Positions 8,178-19,500 of a DNA stretch of 64,000 nt are shown here, in pieces. This DNA comes from an uncultured virus (IMG/VR IMGVR_UViG_3300043085_000044). Lineage: Duplodnaviria > Heunggongvirae > Uroviricota > Caudoviricetes > Crassvirales. A program made the position numbers and the translations under genes. Location: the IMG/VR virus record IMGVR_UViG_3300043085_000044. The stretch is one strand, 5' to 3'. Below the pieces are notes generated by a model. It had not been told where the DNA came from and ran no database searches. It saw nothing but the letters and a program-made list of their open reading frames with translations. Each line of letters opens with the position of its first letter. Position 1 is the stretch's first letter.

Positions 8178-10565
8178 ATGTTAAGTAAAGGTTTTCCGAG
8201 ACAACAACTTCCCTTCTCTGCTAAGGGTAAAGCATGGAGAAAATCTGTTGTAGATTGGGCAGATAATCAATCCCTCTTTGACGGAGAAGCCATCAGAAAG
8301 AGTGCTTATAGTAAAAGAATCAACTATGACCTCTACAATGGCATCCTGCACATGAAAGACCTTCAACTTGTAGTTAATCCAGAAGGAGTGAAAGACGTAG
8401 ATTATGTGCCTGAAAAAATTCAGCACTACCCTATAATGAACTCTAAACTGGATGTCCTCATAGGTGAGGAGCGTACAAGAGGGTTTGACTACAGAGTGAT
8501 TGTGACTAATCCTACTTCCATTTCTGAGAAGGAGGAGGAAAAGGCTAATCAGCTTTTTCAAATGGTTCAGTCTGAAATACAGAATACTTCTCAAAGTGAA
8601 GAAGATTTCATGGCAAACATGGAAAAGATTAGTGACTTCTTTACTTACTCTTGGCAAGATTTAAGAGAGATGAGGTCAACTTATCTGCTTGAACACTATG
8701 AGAAGGAATATGATTTTGATACTATTTTTAATAGTGGATTTACCGATGCCCTAATATGTGGAGAGGAAATTTACCAGTGTGATATTGTAGGTGGAGAGCC
8801 TACCCTGGAAAAGATTGACCCTCAGGATATTAGGATTTATAGGTCTGGACACTCAAATAAAGTTGAGGATGCAGACCTCATTATCATCGAGAAATACATG
8901 AGTCCTGGTAAGGTGATTGACACTTTCTATGATGTTCTCACAAAGAAGGATGTTGAGTATATTGAGAAAGGCTCATTTAAACAGGGTGCAAGAGTCGATG
9001 ATATGGATAATGTGGATGAGAGAGCCACACAAGTAGCTGTAACCAACTACGGTAATGAGCTTACTTCTGCTGAGGATTTCTTCTGGAATCCAATAGGGAA
9101 GTATGATTCTACCCATACTCATCTTGCCCCTTTTGACAGATGGGGTAATGTTAGAGTCCTCAGGGTTTACTGGAAGTCAAGGAGGAAGATTAAGAGAATC
9201 AAATCTTATGACCCTATGACAGGTGAGGAAGTTTACAGCTTCAGGACTGAAACCTATGTTCCTGTTAAGGAGCTTGGTGAGGAAGAAAAGATTTATTACA
9301 TCAATGAGGCTTGGGAAGGAACTAAGATTGGTGAAGATGTTTATGTGAACATGAGACCAAGGATAGTTCAGTATAACAGGCTCTCAAATCCTTCTAAGTG
9401 CCACTTTGGTATCATAGGTTCAATTTATGGAATCAATGGTCAACCGCCTTTCTCTCTGGTTGACAAAATGAAGAATTATAACTATCTCTACGATGTTATA
9501 CATGATAGGCTTAATAAGCTGATAGCTGCTAACTGGGGTACAATCATTGAAATGGACTTAGCTAAGATTCCTGATGGTTGGACTGTAAGTAAGTGGCTAC
9601 ATTATGCCAAGGTTAATCATATTGCAGTTATTGACAGCTTTAATGAGGGTAAGCATGGTGCTGCCTTAAATAAGGTTGTTGGTGGAATGAATACAGCTTC
9701 AAGAGGCGTTTTAAATGCCGAGCTTGGAAATTCAATCCAGCAATATGTAAATATCCTTGAATACATAAAATCAGAGCTTGGTGAGGTTTCAGGTATCAAC
9801 AGACAAAGAGAGGGACAAGTAGCCAACAGAGAAACTGTGGGTGGTGTGGAAAGAGCAAACTTGCAATCTTCCCATATTACCGAGTGGTTATTTGCTACAC
9901 ATGAAAATGTGAGGAAGAGAGTAACTGAGTGCTTCCTTGAGACTGCTAAGATTGCCTTAAAAGGCCGCTCTAAGAAATTTCAATATCTCCTACCCAATGG
10001 AATGGAGAAGATGATTGATATTGATGGAGATGAGTTTGCTGAGTCAGATTATGGCCTTGTGGTTGATAATGGTTCAGATACCCAGCAATTAAAGCAGATT
10101 ATACCTCAATTAGCACAGGCTGCTTTACAGAATCAGCTCCTTGATTTCTCTACTGTCCTTAATCTTTATTCTACTGCTTCTATGGTTGAGAAACGCAAGA
10201 TGATTGAGAACTCAGAAAAGAAGGCAGCAGAAAGGGCACAACAAGCTCAACAGGCTGAACAGCAAGCTGCAATGGAGCAACAACAGATGCTTATGCAGCA
10301 GGAACAGGCTAAGCTCCAGCATGAGGATATGCTTAACCAGAGGGATAATGAGACTAAACTTATTATTGCCAACATCAATGCTCAGAGTAAAATGATGCCA
10401 GTTGATGATGGTGTAGATGAGATTTCAGCCACTGATAGAGCAAAACTTGCTGAGCAGATTAGAGAGTTTGATGCCAGATTGAAGTTTGACAAAGAGAAAT
10501 TGCAGGTTGATTCTGAATTGAAAAGGAAACAAATAGCAAGTAAACCTAAAGCAACAAGTAAATAA
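8178..10565 (+). CDS. Portal protein
   Basis: 795 aa directly after TerL; FPRQQLPFSAK N-terminus and Gln-rich coiled-coil C-terminus typical of crAss-like portals. Confidence 0.85.
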   Translation: MLSKGFPRQQLPFSAKGKAWRKSVVDWADNQSLFDGEAIRKSAYSKRINYDLYNGILHMKDLQLVVNPEGVKDVDYVPEKIQHYPIMNSKLDVLIGEERTRGFDYRVIVTNPTSISEKEEEKANQLFQMVQSEIQNTSQSEEDFMANMEKISDFFTYSWQDLREMRSTYLLEHYEKEYDFDTIFNSGFTDALICGEEIYQCDIVGGEPTLEKIDPQDIRIYRSGHSNKVEDADLIIIEKYMSPGKVIDTFYDVLTKKDVEYIEKGSFKQGARVDDMDNVDERATQVAVTNYGNELTSAEDFFWNPIGKYDSTHTHLAPFDRWGNVRVLRVYWKSRRKIKRIKSYDPMTGEEVYSFRTETYVPVKELGEEEKIYYINEAWEGTKIGEDVYVNMRPRIVQYNRLSNPSKCHFGIIGSIYGINGQPPFSLVDKMKNYNYLYDVIHDRLNKLIAANWGTIIEMDLAKIPDGWTVSKWLHYAKVNHIAVIDSFNEGKHGAALNKVVGGMNTASRGVLNAELGNSIQQYVNILEYIKSELGEVSGINRQREGQVANRETVGGVERANLQSSHITEWLFATHENVRKRVTECFLETAKIALKGRSKKFQYLLPNGMEKMIDIDGDEFAESDYGLVVDNGSDTQQLKQIIPQLAQAALQNQLLDFSTVLNLYSTASMVEKRKMIENSEKKAAERAQQAQQAEQQAAMEQQQMLMQQEQAKLQHEDMLNQRDNETKLIIANINAQSKMMPVDDGVDEISATDRAKLAEQIREFDARLKFDKEKLQVDSELKRKQIASKPKATSK

Positions 10566-13500
10566 TGGCTGATTTAATTCAACATAGATATTTTGCAACA
10601 GAGGCCGCATATAATGCTGCCACTAAAAAAGATACAGATATATGCTTCATAGGGGATACAGGCAGGATTATTACCAGAAATGGTACTTTTGGTAATGCTA
10701 AATCCGTACTTGAATCTTTGAATACATATATGACTGCTACTGATAGCAGACTATCGACTCTTGAAGGGTATTTCAATAAGACCGAAAGCTCTGCTAATAA
10801 GGCTGATAAGGTTCAGGTGACTCAGAATTTGTCCAACAATACTGAATATCCTATGCTTTGGACTAATGCCAATGCAAATACTGAATATTCACAGCTTTTC
10901 AAGAGTTACGCCAATATGACCTTTAATCCTTCCGCAAAGAGGATTACAGTTGGCTCTGGTGGTGGATTCAGGATTTCAGGAGGCACTTCTTCACAGTTTC
11001 TTAAAGCTGATGGTAGTACGGATAGTACCACTTATGCAGCAAAGACTGATTTAAATAATTATATCCCTTGGGGTGGCGGAACAACAACTGGTACACTGGC
11101 TATAAATGCAAACGCTATATATATAAATTCAGATACAGAAATTTACCTAAAACGAAAGTTCGATACTGGAGATAAGACATTATGTGTAGCCTCAAGCGCA
11201 TTTAGGCCCTCAAACACAGACTCTCATGGACACTTCGACCTTGGAACTAATACTTTGAGATTCAAGAATGGCTACTTCTTGGAGACTGTTTATGCTAATA
11301 GTTTTAGTGGAAGTTTGACTGGAGTTGCGTCACAAGCATCTCAAATTTATACTATAAATGATGAGTCCAATACGAATGACAAGCCTATAGCTTGGCTTCA
11401 ATATTCACAAAACTCAGGATATTCACCAGTTGGGACAACCAATTCAAAACTTTACTTCAACCCCTCAACAGGCTATGTTACTGCAATAGGGTTTAATGGT
11501 AAAATTGGTTCATCAACTATTGGTGGCACAGCTACTCCTATTTACCTTAATAATGGCACTCCAACAGCTTGTAGTTTACCTTGGCCTACTGACCTATTAT
11601 CAAATAACCTTATTCAGCAGAAGTATCTACCATCTTACGTAGATGATGTTCTTGAATATGCCAATCTTACGGCACTCAAAGCTGCTACAGGAGAAACTGG
11701 TAAAATCTATGTTACAACAGATAATAACAAGGTTTATCGTTGGACTGGTAAGGATTATATAGAAATCAACAGTAGTGTTAGTACGGCTGACACAGCGGCA
11801 AATGCTGCAAATGCTGACCTTGCGAAGAAGGCAACCCAGTTAGCTACTGCGAGGACTCTGAAAATTGGTAAGACTGGAAAAACCTTTGATGGCTCAGCCG
11901 ATGTAACTTGGACTCTTGATGAGATAGATGCAGCTTCAACAAGTGACTTAAATAATTATTTGCCTACTGCTGGTGGTACAATGACTGGGAATATAACTTT
12001 CAGTGGAGATAAAGAGATACAGACAAACTCTAGCTATATTGGTCTTACAAAACCATCAACAGGTATTGGAGTGGCAGTTCAATTCACTGAAAGAGTATTT
12101 AGACCGTACGCCGCAGGGACTGGTACATGGAGCTTAGGTGGAGATAACGGAAAATGGAAAGATGGCTATTTTACTGGCACAGTCTACGCCACTAATTTCT
12201 CAGGCAATGCGACAAGTGCTACTACTGCTACAACGGCTGAAAAAGCAGCAAGTTTATATACGACTTCAGGGACTATTCCTCTTGCAGCTATCTCCGAGGG
12301 AACACTACAGTATAACAGATGCTCAGCAGGTAACTGTGGTAATTTGCCATACAATAATAATGCAAATGGCATTATAACATTGAATACTTATAATGGTAAT
12401 TATCACCACCAGCTTGGTTTCTCGAGTAATAATAAGTTGTATCACAGAGGCCTAACTGGAACTGATATATCTAACTCATCTCAGGTAGAATGGAATGAAA
12501 TAGCCTATGTAGGGTCTACTGTAGCTAAAGCAACAACAGCTACCACCGCCAATAAAGTAGCTAATACTTTCAGAATTCAATACAATGGCTCAACGCTTTG
12601 GACTTACAACGGAGATACATTTAGAAGTTTAAATATCAAGGCTGGCAGCAATGTCTCTGTTTCAGGTAGCGGAGATGATACAATAACTATTGCAGCTACT
12701 GATACTACCTACTCTGCTGGAGCTGGATTGACTCTTGATAGTACAACCTTCAATGTTGGACTTGGATATTCAACTGATGAAGCCAATAGGAATTACGCCG
12801 TAAAAGCCAGTGGTAAAAATTTATATGTCAATGTTCCTTGGTCAGATACAAATACTGACACCAAAGTTACATCAGTAGGAAATCACTATACCATTACAAG
12901 TGGAACTGCTAAAACTACAACAGCTTCAGGTTCTACATTGGAATTTAATGGCGATGTTATAACAGGGGTAAATGTTGATGCAGCAGGACATATTTATAGT
13001 TTGACCACAAGTAAGTTGCCAAGTAATCCTAATACAGATACTAAGGTAACTTCGGTTAGCAATCACTATACTCCTTCTGGAGGTACAGCATTAACTGGAA
13101 CAAGCTCTGAAACACTTGGTTTTAGTGGTCAGGTTATGACTGGTATCACAAGGGATGAAGCAGGACATATTACTGGAGCTACATTTAAAAATCTTCCATC
13201 AAATCCTGTTCCATCATATTCATTTAATACTGGAGCAGGAGGAACAAAGACTATGGCAGAATTTCTGACCTATACGACTGGCAGAACCTACACAAGTGAT
13301 ATTCGTTCAAGCGTAACAGTGAATGTTACTACTCAAAATATAGTGCTATTCAATGGTTATGGAGACCTTACTGTAACAGTAAATATGAATGGCTGGGATT
13401 TTGCTAACATTATAATTGTTGGGCATCCTGGTTCTTCAGATGGTAAAACAGTTCTTATTCAAACAACTGGTGGTGATGATATTTATGAAAATGAAGATTG

Positions 13501-13606
13501 CGGACTAATAACAACGACATCTTCAAAGTACGTAGTTGAAGCATCTATCGTTAAATCATCTTACGGTACATTTGTCAGCACGAGAAAGTATGGGAAATTT
13601 ATTTAA
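10565..13606 (+). CDS. Fibre protein (tail or head) with repeated modules
   Basis: T/S/G/N-rich; QFLKADGS, LPSYVDDVLEY, ATQLATARTL and DAAGHI fibre-type motifs; TAATG coupling to portal. Confidence 0.75.
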   Translation: MADLIQHRYFATEAAYNAATKKDTDICFIGDTGRIITRNGTFGNAKSVLESLNTYMTATDSRLSTLEGYFNKTESSANKADKVQVTQNLSNNTEYPMLWTNANANTEYSQLFKSYANMTFNPSAKRITVGSGGGFRISGGTSSQFLKADGSTDSTTYAAKTDLNNYIPWGGGTTTGTLAINANAIYINSDTEIYLKRKFDTGDKTLCVASSAFRPSNTDSHGHFDLGTNTLRFKNGYFLETVYANSFSGSLTGVASQASQIYTINDESNTNDKPIAWLQYSQNSGYSPVGTTNSKLYFNPSTGYVTAIGFNGKIGSSTIGGTATPIYLNNGTPTACSLPWPTDLLSNNLIQQKYLPSYVDDVLEYANLTALKAATGETGKIYVTTDNNKVYRWTGKDYIEINSSVSTADTAANAANADLAKKATQLATARTLKIGKTGKTFDGSADVTWTLDEIDAASTSDLNNYLPTAGGTMTGNITFSGDKEIQTNSSYIGLTKPSTGIGVAVQFTERVFRPYAAGTGTWSLGGDNGKWKDGYFTGTVYATNFSGNATSATTATTAEKAASLYTTSGTIPLAAISEGTLQYNRCSAGNCGNLPYNNNANGIITLNTYNGNYHHQLGFSSNNKLYHRGLTGTDISNSSQVEWNEIAYVGSTVAKATTATTANKVANTFRIQYNGSTLWTYNGDTFRSLNIKAGSNVSVSGSGDDTITIAATDTTYSAGAGLTLDSTTFNVGLGYSTDEANRNYAVKASGKNLYVNVPWSDTNTDTKVTSVGNHYTITSGTAKTTTASGSTLEFNGDVITGVNVDAAGHIYSLTTSKLPSNPNTDTKVTSVSNHYTPSGGTALTGTSSETLGFSGQVMTGITRDEAGHITGATFKNLPSNPVPSYSFNTGAGGTKTMAEFLTYTTGRTYTSDIRSSVTVNVTTQNIVLFNGYGDLTVTVNMNGWDFANIIIVGHPGSSDGKTVLIQTTGGDDIYENEDCGLITTTSSKYVVEASIVKSSYGTFVSTRKYGKFI
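12851..13207 (+). repeat. Tandem duplicated fibre module (2 x about 60 aa)
   Basis: NTDTKVTSVxNHYT...D(A/E)AGHI...LPSNP occurs twice. Confidence 0.8.
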
Positions 13607-13608
13607 TT

Positions 13609-14220
13609 ATGAAATACTATATAAAACTAACCAATAATAAGATAGTTTCAATAGCAATAAAGAAGCTATACAATGAGCACGTGATTGCAGCAGATTATGC
13701 TGATTTTCTCACTGGTAAGTTTTATGAGGTCACAAAAGAGCAAAGGGATTTTCAACAGGAGAATCCCGATGCCTCTTTTGAGGAAATCATAGATATGGAA
13801 TTAAAGGCTGCAACCTTTACTGTTCCTGAGCCAGAACCTGAGAAATCATTGGCAGAAGTTATTGCTGACAAGGTTGCTGAGATTGAGAATTATGACTCAA
13901 GTAGGGCAGTTAATAATTTCATAGTTAACGATGAACCCTGCTGGCTTACACCTCAGGAAAGAGCTGATTACAAGAACTCACTTGATGCTGCAAAGCTCCT
14001 TGAGGTTGAGATAGTGGAATTTTGGCTCAGAGACATGGCTTACAGCATCTCAATTGAGAAAGCTGAGATAATGTTAGCCCAGCTTCAGTTATACGCTAAT
14101 AAGTGCTTTATTTGCACCCAGAAGCTAATTCAGGAAGTCAGGGAACTCACCACGAAGGAAGAAGTTGAGGAATTTGATTACAAGAGTGCTTACCCACAGC
14201 AATTGACTTTTAAGATATGA
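13609..14220 (+). CDS. Fibre-associated protein, DUF4376-like
   Basis: IENYDSSRAVNNFIVN...WLTPQER...YANKCF...YPQQL pattern; follows the fibre gene. Confidence 0.6.
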   Translation: MKYYIKLTNNKIVSIAIKKLYNEHVIAADYADFLTGKFYEVTKEQRDFQQENPDASFEEIIDMELKAATFTVPEPEPEKSLAEVIADKVAEIENYDSSRAVNNFIVNDEPCWLTPQERADYKNSLDAAKLLEVEIVEFWLRDMAYSISIEKAEIMLAQLQLYANKCFICTQKLIQEVRELTTKEEVEEFDYKSAYPQQLTFKI

Positions 14221-14290
14221 GAAAATATTAGCAGTTATACCTTCAAGTTGGACAGCAGTACAAGTGTCTTAATATTTAAACTAAGATATC

Positions 14291-15196
14291 ATGAAAGAAC
14301 GTAGAAGATATTCAATCACAACAGATTCCATTATAGAGGCTACTTATGATGTAATCTCTACTTCATCCAACACCCTTTTATTAGGTGACTCATTCAACCT
14401 TAACAGTATTGATAAAATGCTCATTGATGGAGTTGAGGTTACTAAAACAAAATCCTATAAATTCAGTAGCATAGGTAATCATACAGTCACTTTTAAGATA
14501 GGTGAGAATGTAACCAGTTTGGCATACATTTTCTACAATGCTGTAAGATTATACAAGGTTGATTTTAGCAGGTACTCCACAGCCAAGCTCACAAATATGA
14601 GTAGGATGTTCTGCTATTGTTATAGCCTTATTTCCGATGGTTTTGAGACCTATTGGGACACCAGGAATGCAACTACATTCTCCAATTGCTTTTATGGCTG
14701 TAACTCGCTTAAAAAGCTTGATGTATCAGGTTTTGATACAGGGAACTGCACAGACCTCAGTAATATGTTTGACTCCTGTACAGGACTAACTACTCTTGAG
14801 GGTTTGGCTAACTGGAACACCTCAAAGGTAACTACCCTGAGGTACTTCCTCTCAACCTGTACAAGTTTAACCAGTGTTAGAGATGCATTCTTAAAGTGGG
14901 ATACATCTAATGTGACTACTATGCTTGGAATGTTCCAAGGAGATAAACTCCTGACTAACATAGACTTATCTAATTGTGATACTTCAAAAGTCACAGATAT
15001 GACTTATATGTTCAGATGGTGTCATGGTCTAACTCAGGTTACAATGGGTGGAGATGTTTCAAAGGTTACATCGGTTTCCGATATGTTCACAGGTATAACA
15101 ACCACTGGAAATCTTATATATAATTCAAAATATACCTATACAAAAATAATAAACCAAAAGCCCTCAAAGTGGACAGCCACTGCAAAGGACTTATGA
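14291..15196 (+). CDS. BspA/DUF285-type leucine-rich repeat protein
   Basis: About 25-aa repeats (W/F)DTS(K/N)VTxMxxMFxxCxxLTxLD. Confidence 0.8.
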   Translation: MKERRRYSITTDSIIEATYDVISTSSNTLLLGDSFNLNSIDKMLIDGVEVTKTKSYKFSSIGNHTVTFKIGENVTSLAYIFYNAVRLYKVDFSRYSTAKLTNMSRMFCYCYSLISDGFETYWDTRNATTFSNCFYGCNSLKKLDVSGFDTGNCTDLSNMFDSCTGLTTLEGLANWNTSKVTTLRYFLSTCTSLTSVRDAFLKWDTSNVTTMLGMFQGDKLLTNIDLSNCDTSKVTDMTYMFRWCHGLTQVTMGGDVSKVTSVSDMFTGITTTGNLIYNSKYTYTKIINQKPSKWTATAKDL

Positions 15197-15239
15197 ACTG
15201 ATAATATTTTTAATTCTTTAATTTTTAATTTTTATAATT

Positions 15240-16451
15240 ATGGCAATTACTCGCGCACAGCAGGCAATGTTAGAAAAGTTGGTTAAGCATAAATATTATG
15301 CAACAGAACAGGCGTTTATTGATGACGCAGCTAACGTTGGTGAATATGACGTATGCTTTGTGAAGAATGGCAATGCTGGTTATATCAGCACTCGCAACAT
15401 GAAGTTTGGTGAGCAATCATCAATCCAGGGTGACATTACAGATGTAAAGGATAGAGTATCGGCTCTTGAGAAAGATAACACCACCAATAAGGATGATATC
15501 AAAGCTCTCAAAACAGACAAGGTTGACAAGGTAGAAGGTTATTCACTTGTTCTTGATGCCCAGATTTCTAAGTTGGAAGGCTTGAGCACTCAGGCTGAAA
15601 TCAACAACAGCATCAGTGAAGTAGCTTCAACTGCATCAGATAATCTTGAAGCTGCAAAGGGTAAACTTCAGGGTGAGATTGAGCGTAATACAGGTAGCAT
15701 TAATGATGTTTCTGTTAGAGTTGCAACTCTTGAAGGCAAGAGTTTTGTTGAGCTTGGTCCTGACAACCTTATACCTACTACTGTACTTCCGTCTTATGTA
15801 GATGACGTATTGGAGTATGCTTCTCTTTCTGCTCTTGAGTCTAATGGCACTAAGGAGACTGGTAAGATTTATGTAACTCTTGATGATAATAAGACTTACC
15901 GTTGGGGTGGTACAGCTTATGTTGAAATCTCAGCTTCAATCGCTCTTGGTGAAACCAGCTCAACTGCATATGCAGGTGACAAGGGTAAAAAGAATGCAGA
16001 GGATATTGCTGCATTGAAGACAACTACTACTAAGACTGATTCTACAGTTACCGCTATTAATGGTCGTCTTGGAACAGCAGAAACTACTATCGCTACTCAA
16101 GGCAATGATATCAGCTCTTTGAAGTCTGCTGTAAAGGCCAATGAAACCAGCATTACCGACCTCAGTGATGAGGTTACAGCTAACGCCAATAGCATTTCTG
16201 CTGTACAGACTACCGCTAATGCTAATGCAACTAAGCTTGGTAATATCGAAGATAATGCACAGGTTAACGTTATTGAGAAAATCAAGGTTAACAATACTGA
16301 GCTTAGTGTTTCTTCTAAGACAGTTGAACTCACTGTTCCCACATCAGTTAGCCAGTTGAGTAATGACTCTAAATTCATTACTATGGATGACCTTAACGAA
16401 GACCTTGATACCCTTGATGCACTCCTCAAGGCAGCTTGCTGGGTAGACTAA
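15240..16451 (+). CDS. Fibre-like coiled-coil virion protein
   Basis: KVDKVEG, LPSYVDDVLEY, AYAGDKG, AQVNVIE and VSQLSNDS motifs; N-terminus similar to the 10565 protein. Confidence 0.7.
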   Translation: MAITRAQQAMLEKLVKHKYYATEQAFIDDAANVGEYDVCFVKNGNAGYISTRNMKFGEQSSIQGDITDVKDRVSALEKDNTTNKDDIKALKTDKVDKVEGYSLVLDAQISKLEGLSTQAEINNSISEVASTASDNLEAAKGKLQGEIERNTGSINDVSVRVATLEGKSFVELGPDNLIPTTVLPSYVDDVLEYASLSALESNGTKETGKIYVTLDDNKTYRWGGTAYVEISASIALGETSSTAYAGDKGKKNAEDIAALKTTTTKTDSTVTAINGRLGTAETTIATQGNDISSLKSAVKANETSITDLSDEVTANANSISAVQTTANANATKLGNIEDNAQVNVIEKIKVNNTELSVSSKTVELTVPTSVSQLSNDSKFITMDDLNEDLDTLDALLKAACWVD

Positions 16452-16466
16452 TCAATACCTTTTTTA

Positions 16467-16503
16467 AGTAGTACCTCCTTGGGTGGGGGTACTACTACTT
16501 TTT
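16467..16503 (+). terminator. Intrinsic terminator
   Basis: agtagtacctcc / gggggtactact stem plus T tract. Confidence 0.65.
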
Positions 16504-16515
16504 ATTTAAATAAAC

Positions 16516-19500
16516 ATGAAGAAATTTAGAGGAATATACAAATCATTTATAGAACCCCAGGATAAAGAACTTATATGGTATCACTTAGAGACTGAGCAGT
16601 TATTGTATTATACAGAGGGTGATTGGATTCCTCTTATTAAGCTCGATGGAACTGCGATTACCATAGAAGGCAAAAATCTTGTGGAAATCTACCATGAGGT
16701 CAATGAGGCCTTGGGTAATATAAGAGCAGGAATAACAACCGTAAAAACAATAGAGGAGCTTGAAAGTATTCAAGACCCAGAGGTTGGAGACCCTGCTTAT
16801 GTAGAAGAAACCAAAGAGCTTTATATTTACAGTGCTGATGGAATATGGGAAAATAACTTTGTTACAACACCAAATACTTCTGTTGTAGTATCTTCTGAGC
16901 CTCCTGAAGATGAGGATGCTTTATGGATAGACCCAGATGGTGATGGCACAGCTTATGAAGATAAAACCATATCAGCATTAAGAGAAGAAATTGCTTACCT
17001 CAGAAAAAAGGTAGATGCACTTAACAGCCTATTGATGTATGGAGCTATTGCAGGAAATGCGGCTATTGGTGGCAGAACTCAGATAATGTCAACCTCAAAT
17101 AAGCAGATTAAGCCTGAAGCTTCAACTTCAGATATAGAGGATTCAGAGGAATATGAAGAACCAATTGTTCCTGATGAAGCAAGGACAATTCCTAATATCT
17201 CCATAAAAATGGATACCTCGGCTAATTTCACAAGCAACAAAAATAACCTTATAGACGGAGAGCCTATCTTTATTACAGACTTGCTTTCCTTTGCAATTTA
17301 CTATAAAGGTTCATTCATTATAAATTCTGGTAATAATAGTGGAAATATAGATATGTCAACTCCAGTAGATAAAGACGAAATAAAAGAAATACTTGGGGAA
17401 ATGACCCTTGATAGTATTCAGTTTAAATCACTTAACGGTGATACCTATGCAATGGAAATAGATGAATCAGGAAATCTCCATTGGTACAAAAATGCCAATT
17501 ATGATGGAGTTATTGGTTCTGCAAAGTCCTATGGTTCATACATCAATGATTACCTGAAAATCAACTCAGTATTCATTGGAGGTGTAGGAACTAAGCTTAA
17601 TTCATTCTGTGCTTGCTCACATAACTATGTAGAGCTTGCTAATGGCTCAACAACAGATGTAAACCTCAATGGAATTTACCTGCTTTACAAAGGCCCCGAT
17701 AAAACCTCATGGTCATCAATAGCTCTGAAAGGCATAATTAAAGCTGGTTCAACTTTCCTTATTAGAGGTAACAGATGTTCATATAGCTCTAATGTAACAA
17801 TTGATATTGTTGATTTTGACCAAGAATGGTTTGTGGGTGGAAGCCTTATTGAATTTGAAGAAGGAGGTGGAACATTCTACCTTGTATGTTCTCAGGAGGG
17901 GAAATTCCACAATGGCACAGATTGGGTAACACTTGACAAAATAGGCACTCTTAATCCTTACCTTGACTCCAATCCACCAGTTGGATATATTGACCTACTG
18001 GGAATCCTTGGAAATAAGGGTGGTACAGTTATGGCAGAGGGTGGAAGCCCGATAACTATCAAAGCTACTGAGGATATCAAGAAGTGCATCTTTACTCGTG
18101 CTTTTACCTTAGACCCTTGTAGTCAAGCTCAAAAGGCTTATACTTCCAAGAAGTCAAGTACCTTGTGTTCTTATATTAATATGAACACCGTAGGAACTGA
18201 ATATTACCCTTATTATTCTGATAAGGAGAAATTCAAGTATCAGGTTAAGGCTTCAAAGGATAACAAGAATATCTATGGTACAAGAACTACATTTGATGAA
18301 AAAGAACCTAATGCTGTAAACATAGCTTTCGGTATTCAGGCAACAGATAATGGCGATGGAGCTACCAAGTGCTTCAATTGGATTTCAGTGGGCAGTTATG
18401 ATGAATACCTTGAATTTGGGCTTTTAGATGATGCTGAGACCACTAAGATGAAATCCATAGATGAGAGTACTCTGGATGAATATTATGCGGATGACAGCAA
18501 TGTAAGAGAGTTTATAGGCATTTATAAGAGACTCCATTGGCTGACAACTAATAATACAGCAGTAACCTCACACAAGGTAATATTGAGAGGATTAAAGGCA
18601 GGTAAATATAAATACAAGATTGGTAGAGAGGGTGATTCAGCTTACAGTAAGAGTGGTTACTTCACAGTCAGAACTGATGCTGAGGTAAATGAAAGTTTTG
18701 AATTTGCCCATACTACTGACCAACAGGCTTTTAATTTTTATGAGTATCAGGCATGGACTAAGGCTGCATTAGCCATAGATAAAACCCATCCTGAAATCCA
18801 TTTTACCATTAATACAGGAGATGCAACTCAGAATGGTAATAGAGAGAGTGAATGGTTGGATTACTTTAATGGCAGAAAGTACCTCGATGGAAAAGAGGAA
18901 ATGTACACCATTGGAAACAATGACCTATGTGGAATCACTCCATATGAATTAGGGGATGGTACAGCAGCCACTTACAAGATTAACCATAAGAACTTTATCT
19001 ATTATTTCTGTTATGAGCTTGATTCTCAAAATCCAGCTATTTTTAAGTTTGTAGATTCAGGCTTAAATGAGGAATACAAAGGAGATGTGCTTGAGTTTGG
19101 AGGAGATTATTTCACCTATTATATGCCTTCTTTGTACTCCTTTAACTATGGTAAGTATCACTTTGTAAGCCTCAATTCAGAGTTTGCAGCTAAGACCTAT
19201 AGGGTTTATTATGATGATGCAAACAAAGAGACGAGCTTCAAGGCTCATGCCTACTACAATATGTATAGGTGGATGGCAAAGGATTATGCGCTGCATGGAG
19301 AGCTTAGAAATAACATAGCCTTTATGCACGAGATTCCTTTCTGTATAACAGTTGGTTCATCGACTACTGGAGTAGCTACTGCAAGAACTATCTCAAGTGG
19401 CTCTAAGCTGAATGAGGATTTTTCAGCAGGTATAGCTAAAACCAATGTAACTGATGATTCTGCTAAGTACACAGGAGGATGTTGCTTCTCAGAGTTCTTC

